In this document: positions 1 to 8,787 of the stretch, piece after piece
Position numbering within the stretch: the stretch's first letter is position 1
Layout of the letters: every line of letters begins with the position of its first letter
Assembly: GCA_048885705.1 (NCBI GenBank)
Contig: JBHLLJ010000004.1
Coordinates: 1 to 60,626, forward strand
Direction of reading: 5' to 3'
Source: Candidatus Hermodarchaeota archaeon
GTDB lineage: Archaea > Asgardarchaeota > Lokiarchaeia > Sigyniarchaeales > SOKP01
DNA length: 60,626 nt
Program-made: the position numbers and the translations under genes
The notes under the pieces: generated by a model
What the model was told of the DNA's origin: nothing
The model's database searches: none
Seen by the model: the letters and a program-made list of their open reading frames with translations, nothing else

Positions 1-431
1 ATCGCTTTTTCACAATATCGTTTTGTAGGAGGATAGTCCCAAATTCCTGAATGAGTTTTCGATAAATCTTCAAGGATGATATGAGACCATCCCGATTCTT
101 CAGAAAACACCGCATTATAACATGTCGGAATTCTTCCTTGATTCATGGTTTCAGCTATGATGCTATAAAATTTTGCTTCATGTATACCTAGAATTTTGCC
201 AACAGGTTTGGGGATTTTTACAACGATATGAGGAATAGATGGTTTCGTTTGAGCATCATTAGAAAATTTTACCTTCAAGAAATGCATATTAGAAGTGATA
301 GTTACTTCCGTATGTTTCAAAATTATTTTGGTTACTTTCCCTTGGCTAAGATAACCCTTGTTTTTGAAGATAATTGTCAACCATTCTGGTGTTAACTGCT
401 CTATATTAGTAATTATTTTATTCTCTCTCAT
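1..431 (-). CDS. Aminoglycoside phosphotransferase / choline-ecdysteroid kinase-like protein, N-terminal part (runs off window edge)
   Basis: Manual translation from ATG at 431 (preceded by GAGGTAG): MRENKIITNIEQLTPEWLT...IVVKIP...HEAKFY...IPTCY...HIILEDLS; open to the window edge. The LTPEWLT, VVK, E-x-x-FY and LEDL motifs fit APH/EcKinase-like kinases. Not in the ORF track. Confidence 0.7.
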   Translation of the reverse strand, partial: MRENKIITNIEQLTPEWLTIIFKNKGYLSQGKVTKIILKHTEVTITSNMHFLKVKFSNDAQTKPSIPHIVVKIPKPVGKILGIHEAKFYSIIAETMNQGRIPTCYNAVFSEESGWSHIILEDLSKTHSGIWDYPPTKRYCEKA

Positions 432-631
432 TTTTCTACCTCAGATTATTAGTACATGTGCTTTTTTAAACGCAATTCTATCTATAATCCAATTAAAAGC
501 TTCACGAATCTCAACAATGCTATAAATATTGATAGGTATGAATTTGATAATTTTGGTATATTCAAAAACACTTTGGGACCAATTATACTATCAAAATGAC
601 TTAAAACTAAGTTAAGCATTTAATCACCTTT

Positions 632-1306
632 TCATTTTTGTTCAGATAATATTCCTATTTCTTTATATAACGCTTCTATTTTAGCTCTTAAACTTTCATT
701 AATTTTTTTAATATCTGAACGTTCTTTTTCTGGAATTTTATCAATCACCTCCATGTATAATGCTTTAAAAAGTCCTTCTGAGTTTTTTAATTGTAAAGCA
801 AATTCAGTACATATTTCCTGAATACTCTTTTCTAACAACCTATTTGGCAGTTTATCTAAAATCACGCTGATCATGAGCATTTCTTTTCCGCCACGAGCCC
901 ATTCTGAAGGAATTTCAAAATAGTAATTCAAGGATGATGGTACCTTGCTTGACTGGTGGACAAAGAAACCCTCTTTAAATACTTGATCCATTATATTTGC
1001 AATTTGAATGGAAAAATCTTCTTCTAGAATACCTTTGGGATAAGCATAGAATACAAGAGGACCCTTTTTTCGAGCAAAATAACTTAGTGCTACAGTAGTT
1101 TTAGTAGCGATTTTAATTTCGGGTATTAAAATAAGAGTATATACTATTTCAGGATCTAAAAGTTCATCATCAATATAGGTCTTACTTATTGGAAATTTTG
1201 CCCCATTCTTGTGTACTCTTAAAGATTGTCGTCGCAGACTTAAACCACCAAATTTTTGTACTTCTGAAATTATATTCTTTCTATCTTTTTCAATCATCAT
1301 TTTCAT
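632..1306 (-). CDS. uDENN/longin (folliculin/SMCR8-like) domain protein with small N-terminal domain
   Basis: C-terminal region ALSYF..KKGP.VFY.YP ... YYFEIPSEWARGGKEMLMISVI resembles the F-x4-GP and ARG motifs of FLCN/SMCR8-type uDENN domains. Confidence 0.6.
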   Translation of the reverse strand: MKMMIEKDRKNIISEVQKFGGLSLRRQSLRVHKNGAKFPISKTYIDDELLDPEIVYTLILIPEIKIATKTTVALSYFARKKGPLVFYAYPKGILEEDFSIQIANIMDQVFKEGFFVHQSSKVPSSLNYYFEIPSEWARGGKEMLMISVILDKLPNRLLEKSIQEICTEFALQLKNSEGLFKALYMEVIDKIPEKERSDIKKINESLRAKIEALYKEIGILSEQK

Positions 1307-1718
1307 AATTGAACACCTTTATATAATATTATAGAACTTTAATATTTAGAATTTTTGTTTTATTTTTAAGTTAAATTTTGGACAATTAGATGAACAGATG
1401 CAAAAAACAATATTTATAGAACGTCTATTAACAAAATTCGTAATAATTGATTTTCAAAGATCCCATTTTTATTTTTTTATAATATTATATTTAAAAGAAT
1501 CAGACTTGTAATGCTAGTAAACCAAATATTTTTTGATTTAGAATAAATTAAATCCAATTATAGTAATTCTTGGAGAATTAGATTATCAGAAGAGTATAGA
1601 AAAATAATATTATAGTATACTAATAAAATATTTGATTTTTAAAATAATATATATTAAGAATTAAATTTGCTTAATTCTTTATTAATATTCATATCCATAA
1701 AAAAACAATAAGATATGT

Positions 1719-3029
1719 ATGACTGATTTTAAAATTACTAAAATTAAATCTAGATGGATTTTAGACTCCCGAGGAAATCCAACGGTTGAGTCTGATGTTT
1801 TTGCCGGAAAAGTTTATTCAAGAGCTGCTGTTCCCTCAGGAGCATCGACAGGAATTTTGGAAGCACTTGAACTGAGAGATGGGGGAAAGAAGTTCATGGG
1901 AAAGCATGTTTTAAAGGCTGTTAATAACGTTAATGAAATTCTGGGTAAAAAATTGATAGGTTTTGACGCTAGAGAACAAGAAAAAATAGATGAAGAAATG
2001 ATTTCTATAGATGGAACAGAAAATAAGAGTAATTTAGGAGCTAATGCGATATTATCGGTTTCATTAGCAACAGCTAGATTAGCTTCTCAATTATCTGAAG
2101 TACCATTATTTAAATACCTTTATAATCTGGCATATAATAAAACTAGAGATGATTTTTTACTTCCCCTTCCTTGTTGTAACATTATAAACGGTGGTGAACA
2201 TGCGGGTAATAATTTGTCAATTCAAGAATTTATGGTTTTACCAGTAGGGGCTAACACTTTTTCTCAAGCAATTCAAAATGTCGCAGAAGTATATCAAACA
2301 TTAAAGAAATTATTGGAAAAAAAATACGGTCCTTCTTCTATTAATGTTGGTGATGAAGGAGGATTTGCACCAAACCTTAATTTGACATCTGAAGCTGTTG
2401 AAATTATTATTGAAGCAATTGAGACTGCAGGTTTTCTCGTTGGGACAGATTTTGTCCTGGGAATGGATGCTGCTGCTAGTGAATTCTTTGAGGAAGGTTC
2501 CTACAACATCGACGGGAGGAGATTATCTGAGGAAGAATTATTGGAATATTATATTGATTTAATCCATGAATATCCTTTTAAATCTATTGAGGACCCTTTT
2601 AATGAAAAAGATTTTAGGAATTTCTCTAATATAACAGCCAAAGTTGATAAGTCCATTCAAATTGTTGATGATGATATAACAGTTACAAATATTAATATCT
2701 TAGAGAAAGCAATAAAAGAAAAAGCAGGAAATGCGTTATTACTTAAAGTAAATCAAATCGGCTCTTTAACTGAAGCTATAAAGGCAGCCAAAATGTCTTT
2801 TAAGAATGGATTTAATGTTATGGTTTCTCATCGCTCTGGTGAAACAGAAGATACATTTATCGCTGATTTAGCAGTTGGACTCTGTACAGGGCAATTGAAA
2901 ACTGGCGCTACTAGTAGATCAGAACGAACTTCCAAGTTCAACCAGTTGCTTAGAATAGAAGAATTTTTAGGAGAAAATGCAAGATATCCTAAGAAGTTAG
3001 ATTCTTGGAAAAATTTTATAAAAATCTAA
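1719..3029 (+). CDS. eno: Enolase
   Basis: DSRGNPTVE, PSGASTG, GDEGGFAP, LLKVNQIG and SHRSGETED motifs. Confidence 0.98.
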   Translation: MTDFKITKIKSRWILDSRGNPTVESDVFAGKVYSRAAVPSGASTGILEALELRDGGKKFMGKHVLKAVNNVNEILGKKLIGFDAREQEKIDEEMISIDGTENKSNLGANAILSVSLATARLASQLSEVPLFKYLYNLAYNKTRDDFLLPLPCCNIINGGEHAGNNLSIQEFMVLPVGANTFSQAIQNVAEVYQTLKKLLEKKYGPSSINVGDEGGFAPNLNLTSEAVEIIIEAIETAGFLVGTDFVLGMDAAASEFFEEGSYNIDGRRLSEEELLEYYIDLIHEYPFKSIEDPFNEKDFRNFSNITAKVDKSIQIVDDDITVTNINILEKAIKEKAGNALLLKVNQIGSLTEAIKAAKMSFKNGFNVMVSHRSGETEDTFIADLAVGLCTGQLKTGATSRSERTSKFNQLLRIEEFLGENARYPKKLDSWKNFIKI

Positions 3030-3047
3030 CTCTTTTACTTTTCTTTA

Positions 3048-3692
3048 TTATTTTCTTATGAATCGGTACACACTAACCTTAATTTTTTTTGCTTTTTGAG
3101 TATGGAATGGAAATGCTCTTTCCAAGACCATGGTAAAAGGAAGAACATTATCAATTTTCCATCCAAATTTCTTTACATAATTTGAAATAAATTTATGGAC
3201 CTTGGGACTTTCAAGGTGAATTGAGTATACAACATTTGAAAAGTTAAGGGCCCTACCTAAAAATACTCTGTCTGCATATTTAGTTTGTACTCCGAAAGGA
3301 GGATTCATAATTGTCGTAATGTTCATATCTTTAGGTATTAATCTTCTTGAAATTTCAAAATATTCAATATCTGCACATATAGGAAATATTACTCGGTTTA
3401 AACCAAGAGAGAATACATTTTTTTTTAAAATTTCCAATGCACATTTATCAATGTCAACACTCAAAACATAACTAGCATTAAAAAGAGCACATAAAATAGA
3501 TAATCTTCCCGTTCCTGCCCCCAAATCCGCAATAAAAGCTCTGTTGATATCATTATACTCAAATCCTGCATAATAAATTAGATCTACAGCACAATTTGCA
3601 TCGATACAATACTGTTCCAATTCAATTTTAGGATTGCTGAATGATTCAGTGTTCTGTATAATAGAGATCAGTTGTTTTTTGCTGAGTTTCAT
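3048..3692 (-). CDS. METTL5-family N6-adenine RNA methyltransferase
   Basis: F.NPKIELEQY N-terminus, DLGAGTG SAM motif, MNPPFG catalytic motif, C-terminal FH..K. Confidence 0.9.
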   Translation of the reverse strand: MKLSKKQLISIIQNTESFSNPKIELEQYCIDANCAVDLIYYAGFEYNDINRAFIADLGAGTGRLSILCALFNASYVLSVDIDKCALEILKKNVFSLGLNRVIFPICADIEYFEISRRLIPKDMNITTIMNPPFGVQTKYADRVFLGRALNFSNVVYSIHLESPKVHKFISNYVKKFGWKIDNVLPFTMVLERAFPFHTQKAKKIKVSVYRFIRK

Positions 3693-3794
3693 CCAAAAAA
3701 ATGTTTACTCTTTTAGAATTAATACATTAAATTTATTTATATTATTTAATACTATTTACTTAAAATAGAAAGCGTTTGAGAAATTAAAAAACTA

Positions 3795-4406
3795 TTGTTG
3801 ATACTATTGGATAAGAAATCTCTTAAGAGTGGAAACATTGTCTTAACAGGAGAAAAACTTGGAGTGGTTGAAGAATTCCTTCCTGATAAACAATCTACAT
3901 TTACAAAGGATGGAAAAATATATGCTAGTAAAACAGGTATAATTAGTATTGATGAAAATCAAAGGAAAATTGAAATCAGTACTCACCAAGAGAAAGATCG
4001 AAAAGTAGTAAAAATTGGAGATATTGTCATTGGTTCAATTCTTTTTTTAAGACAATATTCAGTTGGACTCAATTTTTATACAATCAATAAAAAATTACAT
4101 TTTAATTCATACTATTTTGGTAATATACACGTCTCACAGATTTCAGATAGGTATGTAGAAAAGATTAGTGATGCTTTTCAAATAACGGATATAATACGCG
4201 CTCGTGTAATAGAAAAAGATTATAATGAATACAAATTAAGCACTACTGGTAAGAATCTGGGGGTTATTTATGCAGATTGTGTAATCTGTGGTGATCCACT
4301 TCAAAAAATCGGACACAATAAACTTAAATGTGATCGATGTGGTAATGTAGAAAGTAGGAAACTTGCCATTGATTATGGAAATGCAACTGAAAATTTAAGA
4401 TTCTAA
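3795..4406 (+). CDS. csl4: Exosome complex RNA-binding protein Csl4
   Basis: N-terminal GE.LG..EEF, S1 domain (IHVSQIS, DIIRARV), C-terminal Zn ribbon CVICG..CDRCG..ESRK. Start may be the TTG at 3807. Confidence 0.92.
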   Translation: MLILLDKKSLKSGNIVLTGEKLGVVEEFLPDKQSTFTKDGKIYASKTGIISIDENQRKIEISTHQEKDRKVVKIGDIVIGSILFLRQYSVGLNFYTINKKLHFNSYYFGNIHVSQISDRYVEKISDAFQITDIIRARVIEKDYNEYKLSTTGKNLGVIYADCVICGDPLQKIGHNKLKCDRCGNVESRKLAIDYGNATENLRF

Positions 4407-4441
4407 TTTTCTTATTAATTAAAAATTATGAGTGTTATTAC

Positions 4442-4660
4442 TTGAGAAAGTTAGGGAAAAGGGTTATTCATTTCTATAACAATAGTGGTTCACTTGATAA
4501 TATTATTAAATTTCTTGAAGATGTTCAGAAAAAAGTAAATTACCTGAATCTAAATGTATCGGTTGAAGGAAAAAGCATAAAAATCACCCTTTTTGGTTCA
4601 AGAGATCTTCAACATTTAGCAATTGAGAGACTTAAAGATCTAGCTAATCGTTATTTGTAA
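4442..4660 (+). CDS. Small conserved protein, DUF2067-like (short form)
   Basis: 72-aa ORF between csl4 and rpoL, the position DUF2067 genes occupy in other archaea; IKITLFGS pattern. TTG start. Confidence 0.5.
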   Translation: MRKLGKRVIHFYNNSGSLDNIIKFLEDVQKKVNYLNLNVSVEGKSIKITLFGSRDLQHLAIERLKDLANRYL

Positions 4661-4761
4661 GATTCCAGTATTTTTATTTTTATTAAAACCATAAAAAATT
4701 TATTTTATTCTGTATATAATTTATTAGGATTTTCAAGTCCTAATCATTGGGAGTTGTAATA

Positions 4762-5253
4762 ATGGCAAAAAAAAAAGCTGTAAAAACAGATAGCGAAGAA
4801 GATGAACTTGATGATTTGGTTGAGGATTTATTGGGCGATGAACAGATTGAAAGAGTTTACCCAAAGCTAGAAGAAACCAAGAAAAAAGAATCGATACCGC
4901 CTTCAGAAGAAGAAATCATAGAAGAGGAAGAATTTGAATTAGAGGAAGAACCGAGATTTCCCGATTATAAATATCTCAATTTAGAAATAACAAAAGGCCA
5001 AAGCGAAAATGATTATGAACTTACAATAGAAGGACAATCACATGGATTCTGCAATATCTTTGTAAAGCATTTATTAAAAACTGAAGGTGTAAATATTGCC
5101 GCTTATAAGGCTACTAATATAGAACCTGCAAAAATATTTATTCGTCTTGAAAATTCAAAACCTTACAAAATTAAAGATATTTTACATAAAAGTATTGAGT
5201 CCTTAAGAGAAGAAGTTATTGGGGTTCAAAAATTATTTAAAAAATTAATGTAA
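4762..5253 (+). CDS. rpoL: DNA-directed RNA polymerase subunit L (Rpo11) with acidic N-terminal extension
   Basis: ELTIEGQSHGFCN...GVNIAAY matches the RpoL/Rpb11 motif EGE.HT..N...V..A.Y; synteny with csl4. ATG at 4762 preferred over the track's TTG at 4747. Confidence 0.8.
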   Translation: MAKKKAVKTDSEEDELDDLVEDLLGDEQIERVYPKLEETKKKESIPPSEEEIIEEEEFELEEEPRFPDYKYLNLEITKGQSENDYELTIEGQSHGFCNIFVKHLLKTEGVNIAAYKATNIEPAKIFIRLENSKPYKIKDILHKSIESLREEVIGVQKLFKKLM

Positions 5254-5310
5254 AATATTATGCTTATTTTTATGAAAACTTTATAAGATGCCTAAATTCA
5301 ACTTATCTTA

Positions 5311-5763
5311 ATGGATTACGAGTTTTTAGTCTCCGATATAAATCTTAAAAAATCTCAAAAGTCTATTGGAACCGATAAAGGTTTGGCTAAAATTGGAGAT
5401 GGAATAATTAATTTAGTTTATTCAGTAGCAAAATCTATTTATTTAACGAAGAATAATCCTAAGAACAACGTTGTTAGGACCGGTAAAAAAGTTAGCAAAA
5501 ATGTTTTAGAAATAGCTTTAAAGAATGCAAATATGAAAGGTTTTGCAAAAACTAGAGCCGATGCTCATGATCTTGCTGATACTGTTGAAGCCTTAATAGC
5601 TTATGTATGGATTTGTAATAAGATGTCAATAAAAGAGATTATCAACTTTTTAGTAGAAAATCTTTCAGGGGATCTTTACAATAGAAATGAAGAAATTAAA
5701 AACTCAACGACAGCATTTACTAATCTTTTAACTTATATTAAAAAATTTTTACCTGAAAATTAA
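5311..5763 (+). CDS. Archaeal ribonuclease III-like domain protein (no dsRBD)
   Basis: DKGLAKIGD..INLVYS and ADTVEALIAY signature-like motifs. Confidence 0.8.
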   Translation: MDYEFLVSDINLKKSQKSIGTDKGLAKIGDGIINLVYSVAKSIYLTKNNPKNNVVRTGKKVSKNVLEIALKNANMKGFAKTRADAHDLADTVEALIAYVWICNKMSIKEIINFLVENLSGDLYNRNEEIKNSTTAFTNLLTYIKKFLPEN

Positions 5764-5765
5764 AA

Positions 5766-6326
5766 ATGAAAGATAATCCTATAACAATTGGATTTGATGA
5801 TGCTTCCTTCGAATTACATTCAGAGAAAAAATATACTCAATTAATCGGAGTAATTTGCCAAGGAACAAGAATGGTAAGTGTTATACGGGATGAAATCGAA
5901 ATTGATGGTGATGATGCAACTGAAAAATTAATTAATTTAGTAAAAAAAAATGAAAAACATGTACAATATGTTATAACCCATAGTATAACTTTCGGAGGTT
6001 TTAATCTCATCAATTTAAACCAAATTTATAATGAATTACAAAAACCAATTATAGCTTTGACTGAAAAGGAAGTAGATTTTGATTCTGTAAGAAACGCACT
6101 TTTGCAAAAATTTCCCAATAGCTATAAAAGTAAAATTAATAATATTCTTGATGCTGGTAATTTATATGAAGCAGAAATTAGTACTTCAGGAGGATTGTCA
6201 AAAGCATATTTCCATTGTAAAGGAATTGCACCTAATGAAGTAGAAATACTATTAACAAAAATTTGTATAGATTCTAAGTTACCAGAATCCGTAAGATTAG
6301 CACATCTAATTGGAAAGTTATTTTAG
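5766..6326 (+). CDS. DUF99 family (endonuclease V-like) protein
   Basis: IGFDD, IDGDDAT, ITFGGFN and KLPESVRLAHLI motifs. Confidence 0.88.
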   Translation: MKDNPITIGFDDASFELHSEKKYTQLIGVICQGTRMVSVIRDEIEIDGDDATEKLINLVKKNEKHVQYVITHSITFGGFNLINLNQIYNELQKPIIALTEKEVDFDSVRNALLQKFPNSYKSKINNILDAGNLYEAEISTSGGLSKAYFHCKGIAPNEVEILLTKICIDSKLPESVRLAHLIGKLF

Positions 6327-6342
6327 AGACATTTTCCTCATT

Positions 6343-6837
6343 TTATTCTGTATCTAATTCATACTCTAATATATCACGCATTCGATCTCGTAAATCCAAT
6401 CTTATAGCAGACATACCATATGTGCGGATGCCTAATTTTTTCTGAACTTTTTTGGCACTCAAAGCATTGGGAAGATCTTGTTTATTGGCTATAGCAATGA
6501 TTTTAGTATTCATATAACGGGAAAATTTTTCAAAGATTTCTTTAGTTTTTTTAATATTATCTTCTGTAGAATCACATACTAAAACAGTTAAACCTGCTCC
6601 TCGTAAAAAATCTTGCCACATGAACCTAAACCGCTCTTGACCTCCAAAATCCCAAACGTTAACTTTTTTCCCGTTTAGGCTTGAATCCTCGATTTCTAAT
6701 CCTACCGTAGGAATTGCTTCTTTTGTAATATCTCGACCCTGAAGTAAAGATAATAGTGATGATTTACCAACCCCACTGTGCCCTACAATGCAAATCTTTT
6801 GTTTTGTAGTATAAACTTTATGTCGACCTTTTCTAAT
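6343..6837 (-). CDS. Arf-like small GTPase; full ORF extends upstream of the track ORF, start codon non-canonical or uncertain
   Basis: Manual translation upstream of 6621 in the same frame gives KICIVGHSGVGKSS (G1), IPTVG (G2), WDFGGQERFRFMW (G3), followed by ANKQDL (G4) and MSA (G5). In-frame TAA at 6846-6844; first near-cognate codon is ATT at 6837. Confidence 0.85.
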   Translation of the reverse strand: MRKGRHKVYTTKQKICIVGHSGVGKSSLLSLLQGRDITKEAIPTVGLEIEDSSLNGKKVNVWDFGGQERFRFMWQDFLRGAGLTVLVCDSTEDNIKKTKEIFEKFSRYMNTKIIAIANKQDLPNALSAKKVQKKLGIRTYGMSAIRLDLRDRMRDILEYELDTE

Positions 6838-7109
6838 GCAAAATTACATTAAGTAGAAAAGGCTCAAAATTGTTCAAAAATTAAAATGATATTGACATGA
6901 TATGAGATTATTATAAGAAAAATTCTATTTTATCAACTTCAAATAGTACATACTAATAGATATGTTAATAGCTAAATTTTTACTCTTATATCTTTTTTCT
7001 GTTAAAAAAGAATCTCAGAGGTTTAGGAAAAACTTACTTAATTAAAGATAGAGTTTCAAAAAAACAAATAATAGGTTAAATAGAATAAAAAAAATCAATT
7101 ATAGGCTTT

Positions 7110-8405
7110 TTAGGTGCCTGTGTCAATTTCCTTGACAATACCAACAGCCACAGTACGTCCCATATCCCGAACAGCAAATCGACCCATTTCTGGAATTACT
7201 TCATACTTTTCGAGACACATTTTCTTAATCGGAGATAACTCTACAATAGCAGATTCATTTTTCTTCAAGAATTTTGGCGAATCTTCAATTACAGCACCAG
7301 TTTTCTGATCCAATTTTTTTAGCAAACCAGCAAACCTCGCAGCTACTTGCGCTGTATGTGCATGAATTACTGGTGTATAACCTTGTGCGATCGCTGTTGG
7401 ATGCCAAATCACAATAATTTGTCCTGTCCATTTTCCTTTTGGGGTAATAACCGTAGGAGGGTCGCTTGGATGGCCAAGACAATCGCCGCGGCTGGCATCG
7501 GCCATAGTTATACCTCTAATACTAAACCCTACATTATCTCCTGGAATTGCTTGTGGAATCTCTTCATGATGCATCTCTATACTTCGAATCTCTCCTTGAA
7601 AGCCAGTTGGCATAATAATAATTTTATCTCCTTTCTTCAAAATTCCCGTTTCAACTCTACCAACAGGAACAATACCAGTTCCTTTAATTCTATAGGCATC
7701 TTGAATGGGAAGTCTTAAAGGTTTGTTTGTTGGCTTTTCAGGAAGAACAAATTGATCAATCGCATCAATCAAAGTTGGACCGTCATACCATGGCATTTTA
7801 TCACTTTTCTTTGAAAGGTTTTGCATTTGCATTCCGCTAGTAGGAATAAATTTCACATCTTTAAATCCGATGCCTTTTAGAAGATCACCAACCGATTCTT
7901 TACATTCATTAAAACGATCCTGGGAATAATCATAAACATCAGCTTTATTGACTGCAACTACAAGCTGCTTAATACCTAAGGTCTGAGCTAAATAAGCGTG
8001 TTCTCTGGTCTGTCCATTAGCCGCGATTCCAACCTCCATTTCCCCTTTCTTACCAGAAACCACTAAGATAGCAGCATCGGCTTGTGAAGCACCTGTGATC
8101 ATATTTTTAACGAAATCAGCATGACCTGGTGCATCGATTATCGTAAAATATTTAGTAGCAGTCTCAAATTTTCGAAATGCTAAGTCAATGGTAATTCCTC
8201 TTTGTCGTTCCTCTTTTAATCTATCAAAGACAAAAGCGTATGACCAAGAATCTCTGTCGTATTCTTTTGCGAGTTTTTCCAATTCACGAGCTTCTCTATC
8301 GGTAACGGCGCCCGTTTCAATAAGTAAAGCTCCCATCATCGTCGATTTGCCATGGTCTATGTGCCCGATTATTACAAGATTTAAATGGTCTTTAGTTTTG
8401 CTCAT
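7110..8405 (-). CDS. tuf: Translation elongation factor EF-1 alpha
   Basis: GHIDHGKST, RGITID, DAPGH..FVKNMITGASQAD, NKAD, GRFAVRDMG. ATG at 8405 preferred. Confidence 0.98.
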   Translation of the reverse strand: MSKTKDHLNLVIIGHIDHGKSTMMGALLIETGAVTDREARELEKLAKEYDRDSWSYAFVFDRLKEERQRGITIDLAFRKFETATKYFTIIDAPGHADFVKNMITGASQADAAILVVSGKKGEMEVGIAANGQTREHAYLAQTLGIKQLVVAVNKADVYDYSQDRFNECKESVGDLLKGIGFKDVKFIPTSGMQMQNLSKKSDKMPWYDGPTLIDAIDQFVLPEKPTNKPLRLPIQDAYRIKGTGIVPVGRVETGILKKGDKIIIMPTGFQGEIRSIEMHHEEIPQAIPGDNVGFSIRGITMADASRGDCLGHPSDPPTVITPKGKWTGQIIVIWHPTAIAQGYTPVIHAHTAQVAARFAGLLKKLDQKTGAVIEDSPKFLKKNESAIVELSPIKKMCLEKYEVIPEMGRFAVRDMGRTVAVGIVKEIDTGT

Positions 8406-8787
8406 ATTTATCAATTTCCTTAATTTTTTATGATTTATTTGTACTGAATATAATATTTAATATTAAAATTATTTTTATTAGATGTTAATTGTAAATGTTG
8501 TTGAATTTATATTTTTTACTATATTTAAGCGTAATTATCGAGTATTAAGAACGATAATGATGAAATAATATCGACCTCTAAATATACAGTTTATTTTATT
8601 AAGTTCGATATATATTTGGACTTCGGGAGAAGTTCAATATTTAAAACTATAAATTGGCAAATTTCATTATTAAAAATAAATCTAGACTATTAATAGAAAA
8701 GCGATATTTCATTGAAATAAGAATTATAAATAAGATGCAATTTAAATAAATATCAAATGATATTAATAATTAAAATAAGGGTTTTAA

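Noticed and set aside
1307-1718. Long AT-rich spacer as a replication origin or ncRNA
   Set aside because: No ORB-like repeats, no adjacent cdc6/orc1, no GC-rich structured segment; consistent with divergent promoters.
7114-8433. Short ORFs overlapping tuf (7114, 7285, 7347, 8188)
   Set aside because: Antisense or alternate-frame shadows of a highly conserved gene; no motifs.
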